Assembly: GCA_027487145.1 (NCBI GenBank)
Contig: JAIYEC010000070.1
Span: 4,477 to 68,476 of the forward strand
From: a bacterium
GTDB lineage: Bacteria > Patescibacteriota > Minisyncoccia > Phycocordibacterales > UBA918
Direction: 5' to 3'
Length of the DNA stretch: 64,000 nt
The notes beneath the pieces are model-generated. The model searched no databases. It worked only from the letters and a program-made list of their open reading frames with translations, and was not told the DNA's origin. Positions 9,386 to 18,409 of the stretch are shown one piece after another (within the stretch, counting starts at the first letter, position 1; the number at the start of each line of letters is the position of its first letter). The translations under genes were made by a program, and so were the position numbers.

Positions 9386-10243
9386 CTATCTGTCTATGTT
9401 ATACACCCGTCTAGCGTTTTGTAGAAGCTGGTTACGCACTGTCTCCTCATCCTCATTGCGGATAGCGGCGATGGTTTCGTACACTTCTTCTACCATCCAC
9501 GGTTCGGCTCGTTTGCCACGGTGTGGTATTGGGGCTACGTAGGGACAGTCGGTCTCCCCGTGGATGCGATCTAACGGCAACGCTCGCACGAGCTCTTCAT
9601 ATACCTTCGCGAAGGTAATCACGCCAGTAAATGACACGGTACCACCCAGTTCAAAAAACTTTTCCGCTTCCATCACTGTGCCAGCATAGAAGTGAACATT
9701 AAATGGCACCTTGGCGTATTGCTTGAGTGTCTCATACACGTCGACGTAGACACTACGTCCCGTTGGACTCTCCTCCCCCGGTTTTGGGTTACGGGTATGA
9801 ATCATGAGTGGTAACTCATGTTCATTTGCGAACTGTATCTGAGCGATAAAGTTTTCTTCTTGAGTCGCGAAGCTATCTGGTGTGGTGTGCCAATAATCAA
9901 ATCCACATTCTCCAACTCCTACTACTTTCGGTTGCTTCACAAGCTCTTCATAAAACGCTTTATTAAACGATTCACCCTTGCTAGTAAATGGCTTGGCGCC
10001 TTCACCCGTCTCCTCTTCATCGTGTCGTCCTGGCACTGTCTGGATCGGATGCAGTCCGATAATCGCATACATGTGCTCGTACCGCTGCGCGAGCTCTACC
10101 GCTTTTGCACTCGTTGATTCTTTTGTTCCGACATTAATGACTGCCACACCGCGGTCGGCACAGTCTTTGGCTACTGCTTCAACATCCTCAGCAAAGGCAG
10201 AAAGGTTTAAATGCGCGTGGGTGTCGATGTATTTTGCTTTCAT
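9386..10243 (-). CDS. tatD: TatD family DNase
   Basis: IDTHAHL, GLHP, VGECGFDY, IHTR, HFYAG, ETDCPY. Confidence 0.95.
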   Translation of the reverse strand: MKAKYIDTHAHLNLSAFAEDVEAVAKDCADRGVAVINVGTKESTSAKAVELAQRYEHMYAIIGLHPIQTVPGRHDEEETGEGAKPFTSKGESFNKAFYEELVKQPKVVGVGECGFDYWHTTPDSFATQEENFIAQIQFANEHELPLMIHTRNPKPGEESPTGRSVYVDVYETLKQYAKVPFNVHFYAGTVMEAEKFFELGGTVSFTGVITFAKVYEELVRALPLDRIHGETDCPYVAPIPHRGKRAEPWMVEEVYETIAAIRNEDEETVRNQLLQNARRVYNIDR

Positions 10244-10305
10244 AAATCACCTAATCCTCTAAACATATCACACTCAACTCTTGTTTTATAGTACGGTTAA
10301 CCGTA

Positions 10306-10855
10306 CTATTTAGGTTTAAGGAAGGAATTGATACGTAGTTCGTAGTCAGAGAATGCAAGGTAATCATGATTGTCCCCTGATAAGGTTTCTAAGCTAATCG
10401 AAGATGCAAACATTGCAGTCTTTTCTCTTACTACATCATAGAGTGCAGTAGGATCATTGTCATTATGAAATGCCAGTGTAGCCACCGTAAAATCTTTAAG
10501 GAGCGACCACCCATCTTTAGACAGGTCATCAGCCACAATACTTAGTGGCATTCCAAAAAAGACACATTTCGTTGGCTGGATAACACCTCCGGTAACAGCT
10601 TTTAAAGCTAAAATCGTACCGATAGATTTTGCAAAAAATAAACCATTCACTTCCCTCGCCGACACCGTCTTCTTCAACAATTTTTTTGATTTTTTCTAAT
10701 TCAGCCTCAAAATTAATATTCTTTTCCTCGGTAGCCCAATGGTCATAGTGAATAAAAAATACGTTATCAAATTGGTTATCAAAATGTTCAACACATGATT
10801 CACCCCACACTTGATTTCTCTTACTCCCTCCGGCTAAGACTAGTAGTTTTTTCAT
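10306..10855 (-). pseudogene. Alpha/beta-hydrolase-like protein split by a 1-nt frameshift
   Basis: ORFs 10529-10855 and 10306-10680 join as ..EWFIF-AKSIGTILAL.. if one base of the homopolymer at ~10633-10638 is removed; AKSIG elbow, NDNDP, GDNHDY. Confidence 0.7.
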
Positions 10856-10858
10856 GAC

Positions 10859-11044
10859 TTAAAAATTATGCTTAATCCACCATCTTTTGATAAAAGGAAG
10901 TGAAAGTGTTGAGAGAAGATATCCTCCGGTTGGAACTAAGGCATTAATAAAAGGTTCACTCACACCGATACGATACATAAATAAAACAGCTACAGTATAG
11001 GTTACTCCTGCAACTAATCCTCTTCTTGTCTTACTTACCTCCAT
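10859..11044 (-). CDS. Small two-TM membrane protein
   Basis: 61-aa hydrophobic ORF, co-oriented in the operon. Confidence 0.5.
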   Translation of the reverse strand: MEVSKTRRGLVAGVTYTVAVLFMYRIGVSEPFINALVPTGGYLLSTLSLPFIKRWWIKHNF

Positions 11045-11092
11045 GCCTTATCAAGTTCGACACGCTTATTTCGCTCTTGAATTTGTTTTAGT

Positions 11093-11485
11093 TCAGTTTC
11101 CATACAATTCTTCGTGGCGTTGTTTTAGTTCGACTTTTTGTTTGGTTTTGATAACATCCCACATATGTTCAGAAGTCTCGAGGAACGCTGGTGCACGCTG
11201 CGAGTACTTAGTGAGACCGTGCTCAATTACCGCCTCCGCACTTTCGATATACCCAGCGTGTTCAAGTTGTGCTAATACACACGCGTAGTCCCACACGATA
11301 TCAGAGAGCTCATCTTCAAGATGAACACTATTTTGTTCTTTTATTTCAGCACGCACTTCTTCAACTTCATCTTTGAGACCACCAAGATACTGTAAAGCAA
11401 CTTCATCTGCTGGCCGGCCCTGAAGTGATGGGTTGTTACGAATATTTTCGCGAGCAATATTGAGAATGTCAGAAAAATTTTCCAT
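11093..11485 (-). CDS. MazG-like NTP pyrophosphohydrolase
   Basis: DEVEEV..LEDELSD (ExxE..EExD) helical motif. Confidence 0.8.
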   Translation of the reverse strand: MENFSDILNIARENIRNNPSLQGRPADEVALQYLGGLKDEVEEVRAEIKEQNSVHLEDELSDIVWDYACVLAQLEHAGYIESAEAVIEHGLTKYSQRAPAFLETSEHMWDVIKTKQKVELKQRHEELYGN

Positions 11486-11487
11486 AT

Positions 11488-11880
11488 CTAAGTAATTAGA
11501 TTATCGATAAAACCTTTTACTTCCATGAGCTTATCTTGGGGCAAAAGCCTTTTGTCAGCTTCTTCAAAACTCAACCATTCCCCTCCGGCACCTTCAAGTA
11601 CTTTGAATTCTTTGATTTCTGTTCGAAATAAATAAAAATATCTTTCTACTAAGATATCATCGAAATTAGTTACATCTAAAGCTAAAAATTCTATATCTGA
11701 TTCCGCCAGTTTAATATCTAACTCTTCTTTTGTCTCTCTTAATATAGCCTCAAGTGGACTCTCTCCTTCTTCAATACTCCCTCCAAAAAATCCCCATGGT
11801 GGCAATTTGTGACCTGTGCGATCTTGGATGAAAATTTCACCTTCTGAGTTATACGGAACAAGTAGTGATTTTTTCTTCAT
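11488..11880 (-). CDS. NUDIX hydrolase
   Basis: GGSIEEGESPLEAILRETKEELD Nudix box. Confidence 0.92.
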   Translation of the reverse strand: MKKKSLLVPYNSEGEIFIQDRTGHKLPPWGFFGGSIEEGESPLEAILRETKEELDIKLAESDIEFLALDVTNFDDILVERYFYLFRTEIKEFKVLEGAGGEWLSFEEADKRLLPQDKLMEVKGFIDNLIT

Positions 11881-11882
11881 AC

Positions 11883-13322
11883 TTATGCTTCAAGGCGCGG
11901 GAAGAGGTTGTCGGGTTTTTTGTTTTGCAGAACCGCTTCCTTAATTTTTATATTTGCTTCTGGCATGATTGGGAACAATAGTCGGCTGACGATGTAGACG
12001 TCGTGTACAAGCTCAGCGATAAGCTTCTTCCCTGCTTCTTTATCTTCTTTAACAAACTTGAATGGTTCGGTGGCAGTGATTCTTTCATCAAGGTCGCCGA
12101 CTTTTTTCCAAATGATGTCGCAGGCTCCTTGGAAGTTATATTGGTCAAGCGCGAGCAAGAACGCCAGGTCAAAGTCGGCGACCGTTGGCTTTTCTATTGG
12201 ACCATCGAGGTGTGTCTCAGCCATCTTCATCACGCGGGCGACGAGATTACCGAGGCCATTTACGAGATTCGCTGTATAGTACTCATCCATTTTTTCCCAG
12301 GTGAGATCTGAGTCATCAAACGGGTGGACGTGACGGAGAAGAATGTACCGTGTCGCGTCTGTACCATAGCGAGCAACCATCTCTTGAGGAGAGATAACAT
12401 TCCCCAGACTCTTACTCATCTTCTGCCCCCCACTGTTGATGAAGCCGTGGTAGTAGATGGTATCAGTTGGTTTAATGCCGGCTGAGAATAACATCGCTTG
12501 GAAAATAATCGACTGGAACCGCACCTGGTCTTTTCCGGCCAGCTGCAGTGTCTCACCCTCAACCCAGAACTTCTTGAAGTCACCTGCTTCGTTTGGCCAG
12601 CCTAAGGTTGAGATGTAGTTCGTGAGTGCATCAAACCACACGTACATGACATGGTTATCATCACCAGGAACCGGCACCCCCCAATCCATACGATCTTTTT
12701 GTCGTGAGATAGAAAGATCTTCAAGTCCCCCTTTCACAAACTCTAAAGCCCACTGCCGGTGCCACTCTGGCGTCACCGATGATTCTTTACTCAATAGTTC
12801 AATCAGAGCATCTTGATACTTTGAAAGTCGGAAGAAATAATTTTCTTCTTCGAGTTCAATCGGTTCCATGTTTGGGTGGTTTGGACACCGCCCTTCAACT
12901 AAATCACTCTCACGCAAAAACATCTCATCTCCGACACAGTAGAGACCTTTGAAGGACTTTTTATAGATATCGCCGTTTGCTTCACAACGACGCCAGATCT
13001 CTTGGGCGGCTGCTTTGTGAGAATCATCTGTAGTTCGAATGAAATTGTTGTACGAAAGATTAAGAGCTTCTTTGAGTCGATTAAACTCAGTTGCATAATG
13101 GTCGACATATGCCTGACGGCTCTCGCCTTTCTCATCGGCCTTTTGAGCAATCTTTTGCCCATGTTCGTCGGTACCAGTATTGAAAAAAACCTCATGCCCC
13201 ATGAGACGATAGTAACGAGCGAGGGTGTCCGCTTGAATGACTTCAAGTGCAAACCCGATATGAGGATCGGCGTTCACATATGGCAAAGTAGTGGTGATAT
13301 ATTTAGCTTTTTTCGCTTCCAT
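11883..13322 (-). CDS. metG: Methionine--tRNA ligase
   Basis: LPYVNADPHIG, GTDEHG, YVWFDAL, KMSKS. Confidence 0.97.
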   Translation of the reverse strand: MEAKKAKYITTTLPYVNADPHIGFALEVIQADTLARYYRLMGHEVFFNTGTDEHGQKIAQKADEKGESRQAYVDHYATEFNRLKEALNLSYNNFIRTTDDSHKAAAQEIWRRCEANGDIYKKSFKGLYCVGDEMFLRESDLVEGRCPNHPNMEPIELEEENYFFRLSKYQDALIELLSKESSVTPEWHRQWALEFVKGGLEDLSISRQKDRMDWGVPVPGDDNHVMYVWFDALTNYISTLGWPNEAGDFKKFWVEGETLQLAGKDQVRFQSIIFQAMLFSAGIKPTDTIYYHGFINSGGQKMSKSLGNVISPQEMVARYGTDATRYILLRHVHPFDDSDLTWEKMDEYYTANLVNGLGNLVARVMKMAETHLDGPIEKPTVADFDLAFLLALDQYNFQGACDIIWKKVGDLDERITATEPFKFVKEDKEAGKKLIAELVHDVYIVSRLLFPIMPEANIKIKEAVLQNKKPDNLFPRLEA

Positions 13323-13447
13323 AAAAGCTACTTTAGCATATTTATTGGATCTGATACACGATTAGGTTTTTTAACAGTGTCAGCCTATTTGATTATTTGC
13401 GGGTGTGCTATAGTCTGTCTTCATTTCTAAAAAAGGGGGATGAAAAA

Positions 13448-13579
13448 ATGCCTACGTTCTTTGAAACCAGCCTGATGGTAGCACTGATTCTTGCTATCTT
13501 CATCATCAGTATTATCGGAATCTCGTATTCCGATCCTGCTCATACGGGCATGATACTTCCAGTAAGTTTTTTGCCCTGA
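13448..13579 (+). CDS. 43-aa single-TM microprotein
   Basis: GGGGGA SD, TGC-TATAGT -10 upstream, hydrophobic core. Confidence 0.5.
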   Translation: MPTFFETSLMVALILAIFIISIIGISYSDPAHTGMILPVSFLP

Positions 13580-13689
13580 CGGGCTGTGACTTTGGTCAAA
13601 GCAATCGCTTGTGCACTACACAAGTGATTGCTTTTTTTATATATTGCTGGTATAACTTGCGTCCGTCATTCCGACGGAGGAGACCACTC

Positions 13690-13977
13690 ATGAAGACCAA
13701 TGTGAAGACTACCCTTCTCACTGCCGCTCTCGTCGCCGTCGCCGGCGCTATCGCCACCCAGGTCAAGAAGAGGGGGGTCCGGAACACCGTCGAAGGCATC
13801 AAGGATGGCGGCACCAAAGTGCTCGATGCCGGCAAGAAGTCGATTTTGCAGCTCGTGTCCGACAACACGGACAAGGCGGGCGACGGAGGGTCGATCGAGG
13901 GTGTCGGTGGTCAGCTCACCAGCGATACCAACGAGGGCGACCTCGGCGACCGGGCACTGGAACGCGTCGAAGGCTGA
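13690..13977 (+). CDS. 95-aa GC-rich orphan protein with N-terminal hydrophobic segment
   Basis: GGAGG SD, TATAAC -10, terminator at 14018-14058; GC-ending codons unlike neighbours. Confidence 0.6.
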   Translation: MKTNVKTTLLTAALVAVAGAIATQVKKRGVRNTVEGIKDGGTKVLDAGKKSILQLVSDNTDKAGDGGSIEGVGGQLTSDTNEGDLGDRALERVEG

Positions 13978-14133
13978 TCCAGCCCTTCAACGCCAGAACT
14001 GCGATCACCTGGTTTCCGCCCCGCTGCGCACATGTTGTGCGGCGGGGCTTTTTCTTTTGTAATCAAAAATTAGGTAAGAGTTGCGTAGCGGTAGCGTCAA
14101 AAAGAAAAGAGGTTCACTTGTAGGGAGGAATAT

Positions 14134-14292
14134 ATGGCTACGCCACCGTCACCTCGTTTCACCTGGCTACAGCAGCTCATTATTTACGTCTTGGTCATTC
14201 TTTTCATTCTTTCTGCCTATGACAAATTTGCAAAGGCAGACTTTTGGGATGACCTAAACAACAAAAAAGTAGTGCCTGAAGCTTCTGAATAA
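14134..14292 (+). CDS. 52-aa single-TM microprotein (MATPPSPRFTWLQQLIIYVLVILFILSAYDKF...)
   Basis: Hand-translated; GGGAGG SD. Confidence 0.5.
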   Translation: MATPPSPRFTWLQQLIIYVLVILFILSAYDKFAKADFWDDLNNKKVVPEASE

Positions 14293-14410
14293 TTATAGCC
14301 AACAAAAACTATCTGGGTTATTTCTTTGTTAGCCACCGTCGCCAAACGGTATCTATCAAAGCAATACACTCATGCCACTCACGCTGCGCCTTTCTTGGGC
14401 GCAGTTTTCT

Positions 14411-15802
14411 TTAGGTAAGTTTTGAAATAAGTTCTGAAATATGTACTCGTTCTTGCTCTCCGGTATCTCGATGACGAATAGTGACCGTGTCCTTAAGGTT
14501 TGGATTTTCTTCACCCAAGGTATCGAAGTCAATTACGATACAGTATGGTGTTCCGATTTCATCCTGGCGACGATATCGCTTCCCTACGTTTCCGTTATCG
14601 TCCCACGCAACATTACCAAATTCTTTTTTAAGAGAGACAAATACCTCTCGGGCTTTGGCGACAAGCTCTGGCTTATTTTTAAGCAGTGGTGAGACAGCTA
14701 CTTTGTATGGAGCAAGGTGAATTGGAAGTTTGAGGTATGTACGAATTTCTCCGCCCATTTCATCTTCGGTGTATGCTTCAGCCAAGACTGCGGTAAATGC
14801 GCGACCAACACCAAACGAAGGTTCAAGAACATGTGGAATAAATGGCACACCTTCTGCTGGTGTATAGCGCATCTTTACTCCACTCGCTTCCTCGTGACTC
14901 TTGAGGTCATGGTCAGTACGATACGCAAAGCCAGCCAACTCATCAAAGCCTTTTCCTGGGTAGTTATATTCGAAGTCGATGGTTCGCTTACTGTAGTGAG
15001 CTAGGTCATTTTCAGGCACTTCATACTCACGGATGTTTTCGTCCTTGAGGCCAAGGTGTGCATGCCAGGCTTTGATATCAAGATGTAGTTTCTCAAACTC
15101 TTCTTGCCAATCTTTCTCTTCGACAAAGTACTCGATTTCCATTTGCTCAAATTCGCGGACACGGAAAAGAAATTCGCGCGGTGCAATCTCATTACGAAAT
15201 GCCTTCCCTACCTGCGCGATACCAAACGGCAGCTTTGGTGACATTGAATCAACGACATTTTTGAAATTTACGAAAATACCTTGGGCAGTTTCGGGTCGCA
15301 GATATGATTTCATATCTCCCTCTGCTCCAACTTGGGTTTCAAACATCAAATTAAAATTTTTGACCTCGCCCCAATCACGTTTCTGACATTTCGGACAAAT
15401 TATGTCGGCACCTGATTTAAACTTCATTTGGAACTGTTCCAGGGTTAATCCATCAACACCTGTTTTTCCGTTTTCTTTCAACACATGATCAGCTCGATGT
15501 CTTGTACCGCAGGCATTACAAACTACTACCGGGTCTGAAAAACCCGCACCAGTATGTCCAGATGCTTCCCACACTTTCTCATTCATCAAAATCGCAGCGT
15601 CAAGTCCGTACATATCCTCACGACCATCGACAAACATCTTCCACCACTCTCGCTTAATATTGTTGTTAAGAGCTACACCAAGTGGGCCGAGGTCCCAGGT
15701 TCCTTTCAGCCCACCGTAGATTTCGCTACCCTGAAATACAAAGCCACGTCGTTTGCAAAGACTGACAATTTTATCCATCTTATTATCTTGATTTTCTTTC
15801 AT
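14411..15802 (-). CDS. glyQS: Glycine--tRNA ligase (alpha2 type)
   Basis: LRPETAQGIF, FRNEIAPR..FRVREFEQME, EPSFGVGR, GKRYRRQDEIGTP. Confidence 0.97.
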   Translation of the reverse strand: MKENQDNKMDKIVSLCKRRGFVFQGSEIYGGLKGTWDLGPLGVALNNNIKREWWKMFVDGREDMYGLDAAILMNEKVWEASGHTGAGFSDPVVVCNACGTRHRADHVLKENGKTGVDGLTLEQFQMKFKSGADIICPKCQKRDWGEVKNFNLMFETQVGAEGDMKSYLRPETAQGIFVNFKNVVDSMSPKLPFGIAQVGKAFRNEIAPREFLFRVREFEQMEIEYFVEEKDWQEEFEKLHLDIKAWHAHLGLKDENIREYEVPENDLAHYSKRTIDFEYNYPGKGFDELAGFAYRTDHDLKSHEEASGVKMRYTPAEGVPFIPHVLEPSFGVGRAFTAVLAEAYTEDEMGGEIRTYLKLPIHLAPYKVAVSPLLKNKPELVAKAREVFVSLKKEFGNVAWDDNGNVGKRYRRQDEIGTPYCIVIDFDTLGEENPNLKDTVTIRHRDTGEQERVHISELISKLT

Positions 15803-15807
15803 AGGTT

Positions 15808-17670
15808 TTACTGCGTAACGAGTCCCCGTTCTTGTGATATTCCTTTAATTTCACTCGTAATTCCCACTACACTAGTCGTAACCAGCGTATTTGTAAAGCG
15901 ATCGACCGCTGAAAGGTTGAGGGTATTTACAAGGGTTGGAGAAGTACCGATCTGTGAGGTGCTCGGTAAGAAGTTAAGGGCGAACGTAAGTTCTTTGGTG
16001 GTGCCGCTCGTAATATCTCCCACACTCCACTCCAGCTGTCTTGAAATTGGATTAAAAGAGACTGTACCTGGTCCAGAGAATTCATTCTGCCATTCAACAA
16101 AGGTTGGAAGCGAGGTCGTAACTACGGTATTACGGAGATTATTGGCTCCACCGCCAGCCACCAGCTTTACTTGATAGCGGGTTGCCTGACCTGGTTTTGG
16201 TGGTAGTGGTCCCGTCACATGCGACAAGCTACCTTCAATACTCGCAGCTGAAGCATACCGAGCTTCGGCGGTCACTGTACCGACTAATTGTTGTACGGCC
16301 GATGGTTCCGAGACTCGCTTGGCATACACATTAACCGCGATATTAAATGAAGCAGTAGTCTGACCAAGCACTGGATCAATCGAGAAGTTAAGATTTCGCA
16401 CCTGGCCCGCCTGCACCTGACTAAACTCGGGTGTGTTGGAGACATCCCACCGCACCAGGTTCTTGTTTGAGTCATAGAATCCCTGGCGACTTTGGATTGA
16501 GTCAGCCTTGAGGGCATTACCAGTTGGCACCACTTCTACGACCATGTCATACACAGGCTCTTTGAGCGTATTTTTAATAGAGACTTGCACCACTGAGCTC
16601 TTATCTTCTTCCAAGACAACGGACTTATCGCGGTCTCCAGCAATATCAATATCGACGGCAATAAATGGTTGTTCCAAGACAAACTCCGCTCTAGCTTCGG
16701 CTAAGAGTGACCCGACAATAAATTCATTATCGTCACGCGAGGCGCCGGCGGTAAAGTCAACTACGAGACCCTCGCTATTGAGTCCAATGATTGATCCGTT
16801 AATGATGATTGTCTCAGTCTCTTCTGGCTTAAGTTCATCAATTTTCCAAACATTTTGATTGTAGAGCGGATCAGGTACGGCTGTTTTGTATGAAAAACCA
16901 CTTGGATATCGACTGGTAATCAAAACATCTTTTAATACTTTATTGGTATTTGATTTGACCTTAAGCGTAATCTGTACTGGCTGACCAGCAGAAACCCTCC
17001 TGACGGAATCCACTTGAAGAATAATTGGCGAAGAGATGATTTGGACATTAAACGGTTCAGCATTTTTATAGAACACTCCGTCAGAACCAACAATCCGATA
17101 CTCCAATGTAGCCTGAATTTGTGACTGTTGGTTTTCTTTTCCGTATACTGCCACTTGGAGTTGAATATTCCGTGCCTCGCCGGGCCCGAGCATCCCCACG
17201 TCTATGCGTTCTTCGTAAAGATTTTTAACTGGCTCAGTGACAGACCGCGTCCCTTCAGGGTATTTCACAATCAGCGAGGCTCCTTCAATTGCCACGGAGT
17301 TTTGATTGGTAACACCAATCTGAAATGAGACTGTTTCCCCACCACTAATATTGTTGTTGCCAGCAATATTAAAGGCGATATTATCGCCGGAAATACGATT
17401 ATTTCCAAAGTAGAAGTATGCCGCTGAACCCGCTGCTACTAAACAAAAAATTATCAGGCTAGCAATCAAAACGAATTTTCGGTACCGGTGTGGTTGCTCG
17501 CTCTGATTAAGAAACGCTGTCTCATCGTCTGCCGGTAAGTCCCAGGTTGCGGAAACCGCCAGCGGATCATCTTCAAGTTGATGACGCTCTATACCATTAT
17601 CAACAGGACCACGGGCATACAATCGCTTTCGAAGCTCATCAAGTTCTCGCTGGTCACGAATATCGGACAT
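15808..17670 (-). CDS. Membrane-anchored protein with tandem Ig-like beta-sandwich domains
   Basis: One TM near the N-terminus then beta-rich repeats; start at ATG 17670, 6 nt after TATACT. Confidence 0.75.
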   Translation of the reverse strand: MSDIRDQRELDELRKRLYARGPVDNGIERHQLEDDPLAVSATWDLPADDETAFLNQSEQPHRYRKFVLIASLIIFCLVAAGSAAYFYFGNNRISGDNIAFNIAGNNNISGGETVSFQIGVTNQNSVAIEGASLIVKYPEGTRSVTEPVKNLYEERIDVGMLGPGEARNIQLQVAVYGKENQQSQIQATLEYRIVGSDGVFYKNAEPFNVQIISSPIILQVDSVRRVSAGQPVQITLKVKSNTNKVLKDVLITSRYPSGFSYKTAVPDPLYNQNVWKIDELKPEETETIIINGSIIGLNSEGLVVDFTAGASRDDNEFIVGSLLAEARAEFVLEQPFIAVDIDIAGDRDKSVVLEEDKSSVVQVSIKNTLKEPVYDMVVEVVPTGNALKADSIQSRQGFYDSNKNLVRWDVSNTPEFSQVQAGQVRNLNFSIDPVLGQTTASFNIAVNVYAKRVSEPSAVQQLVGTVTAEARYASAASIEGSLSHVTGPLPPKPGQATRYQVKLVAGGGANNLRNTVVTTSLPTFVEWQNEFSGPGTVSFNPISRQLEWSVGDITSGTTKELTFALNFLPSTSQIGTSPTLVNTLNLSAVDRFTNTLVTTSVVGITSEIKGISQERGLVTQ

Positions 17671-17695
17671 GCCAGTAGTATACCACCACTCTTTT

Positions 17696-18274
17696 CTAGA
17701 GATGACTGAGTGATACTGCCTTTTCAATAATCGGTGCCAGGACCTTCTCGGTAGTAGTATCAATAGTTATCTTGGCTAACTCAGTAATGTCTATATCGAC
17801 GATTTCGGGCAATACCCGGGCATCTACATATCCTAATTCTCGCAGTATCCGGACCATAATAATGTGCTCAACCGTACTGCGGGTACCAACGTCTTTGGCC
17901 AAGACACGAAGCGAGACTAAGAAATAATCGAACAATACTGGGAAGGCTTCTTCCCCACCATAAAATCGACGTAAAAATTTTGTAATAGCAACAACACTTC
18001 CGCGCGCTGCTTTATCAGACGCAGACATGAAAAAATTTTCTCGTGACTCAATACTACCAACCTTCCAACTACTCTTACCCTTAACAAGCGAGACTCGAAC
18101 GTAGGAAAAGTCTTGTAGTGCCATCCGTTGGCGAGAACGTTCTTCGCGTACACTCTTAGCTTCCGCATACAACATACCTGCTTCACGGGTGAATAAGAGA
18201 TATGAACGATCTGCGGTGTTTCGATTGAATGTACCACATATAATCGCTTCAGTCGTATATGTCTGATATGCCAT
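17696..18274 (-). CDS. recO: DNA repair protein RecO (short form)
   Basis: N-terminal OB fold YTTEAII..ADRSYLLFTREAG..AKSVR, then helical ..LRELGY. Confidence 0.8.
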   Translation of the reverse strand: MAYQTYTTEAIICGTFNRNTADRSYLLFTREAGMLYAEAKSVREERSRQRMALQDFSYVRVSLVKGKSSWKVGSIESRENFFMSASDKAARGSVVAITKFLRRFYGGEEAFPVLFDYFLVSLRVLAKDVGTRSTVEHIIMVRILRELGYVDARVLPEIVDIDITELAKITIDTTTEKVLAPIIEKAVSLSHL

Positions 18275-18409
18275 ATTACGCGGTTATAAAAAAGCGATTA
18301 ACTTCTTCTCCTTGCACAAAATACCCCTCACCGTACAAGCAAGTACGACTCGAAGTATTTTGTTGGTGTTCATCGTTTCTCATCTTTTTTCTAACCGCTT
18401 TGTCAGTGG

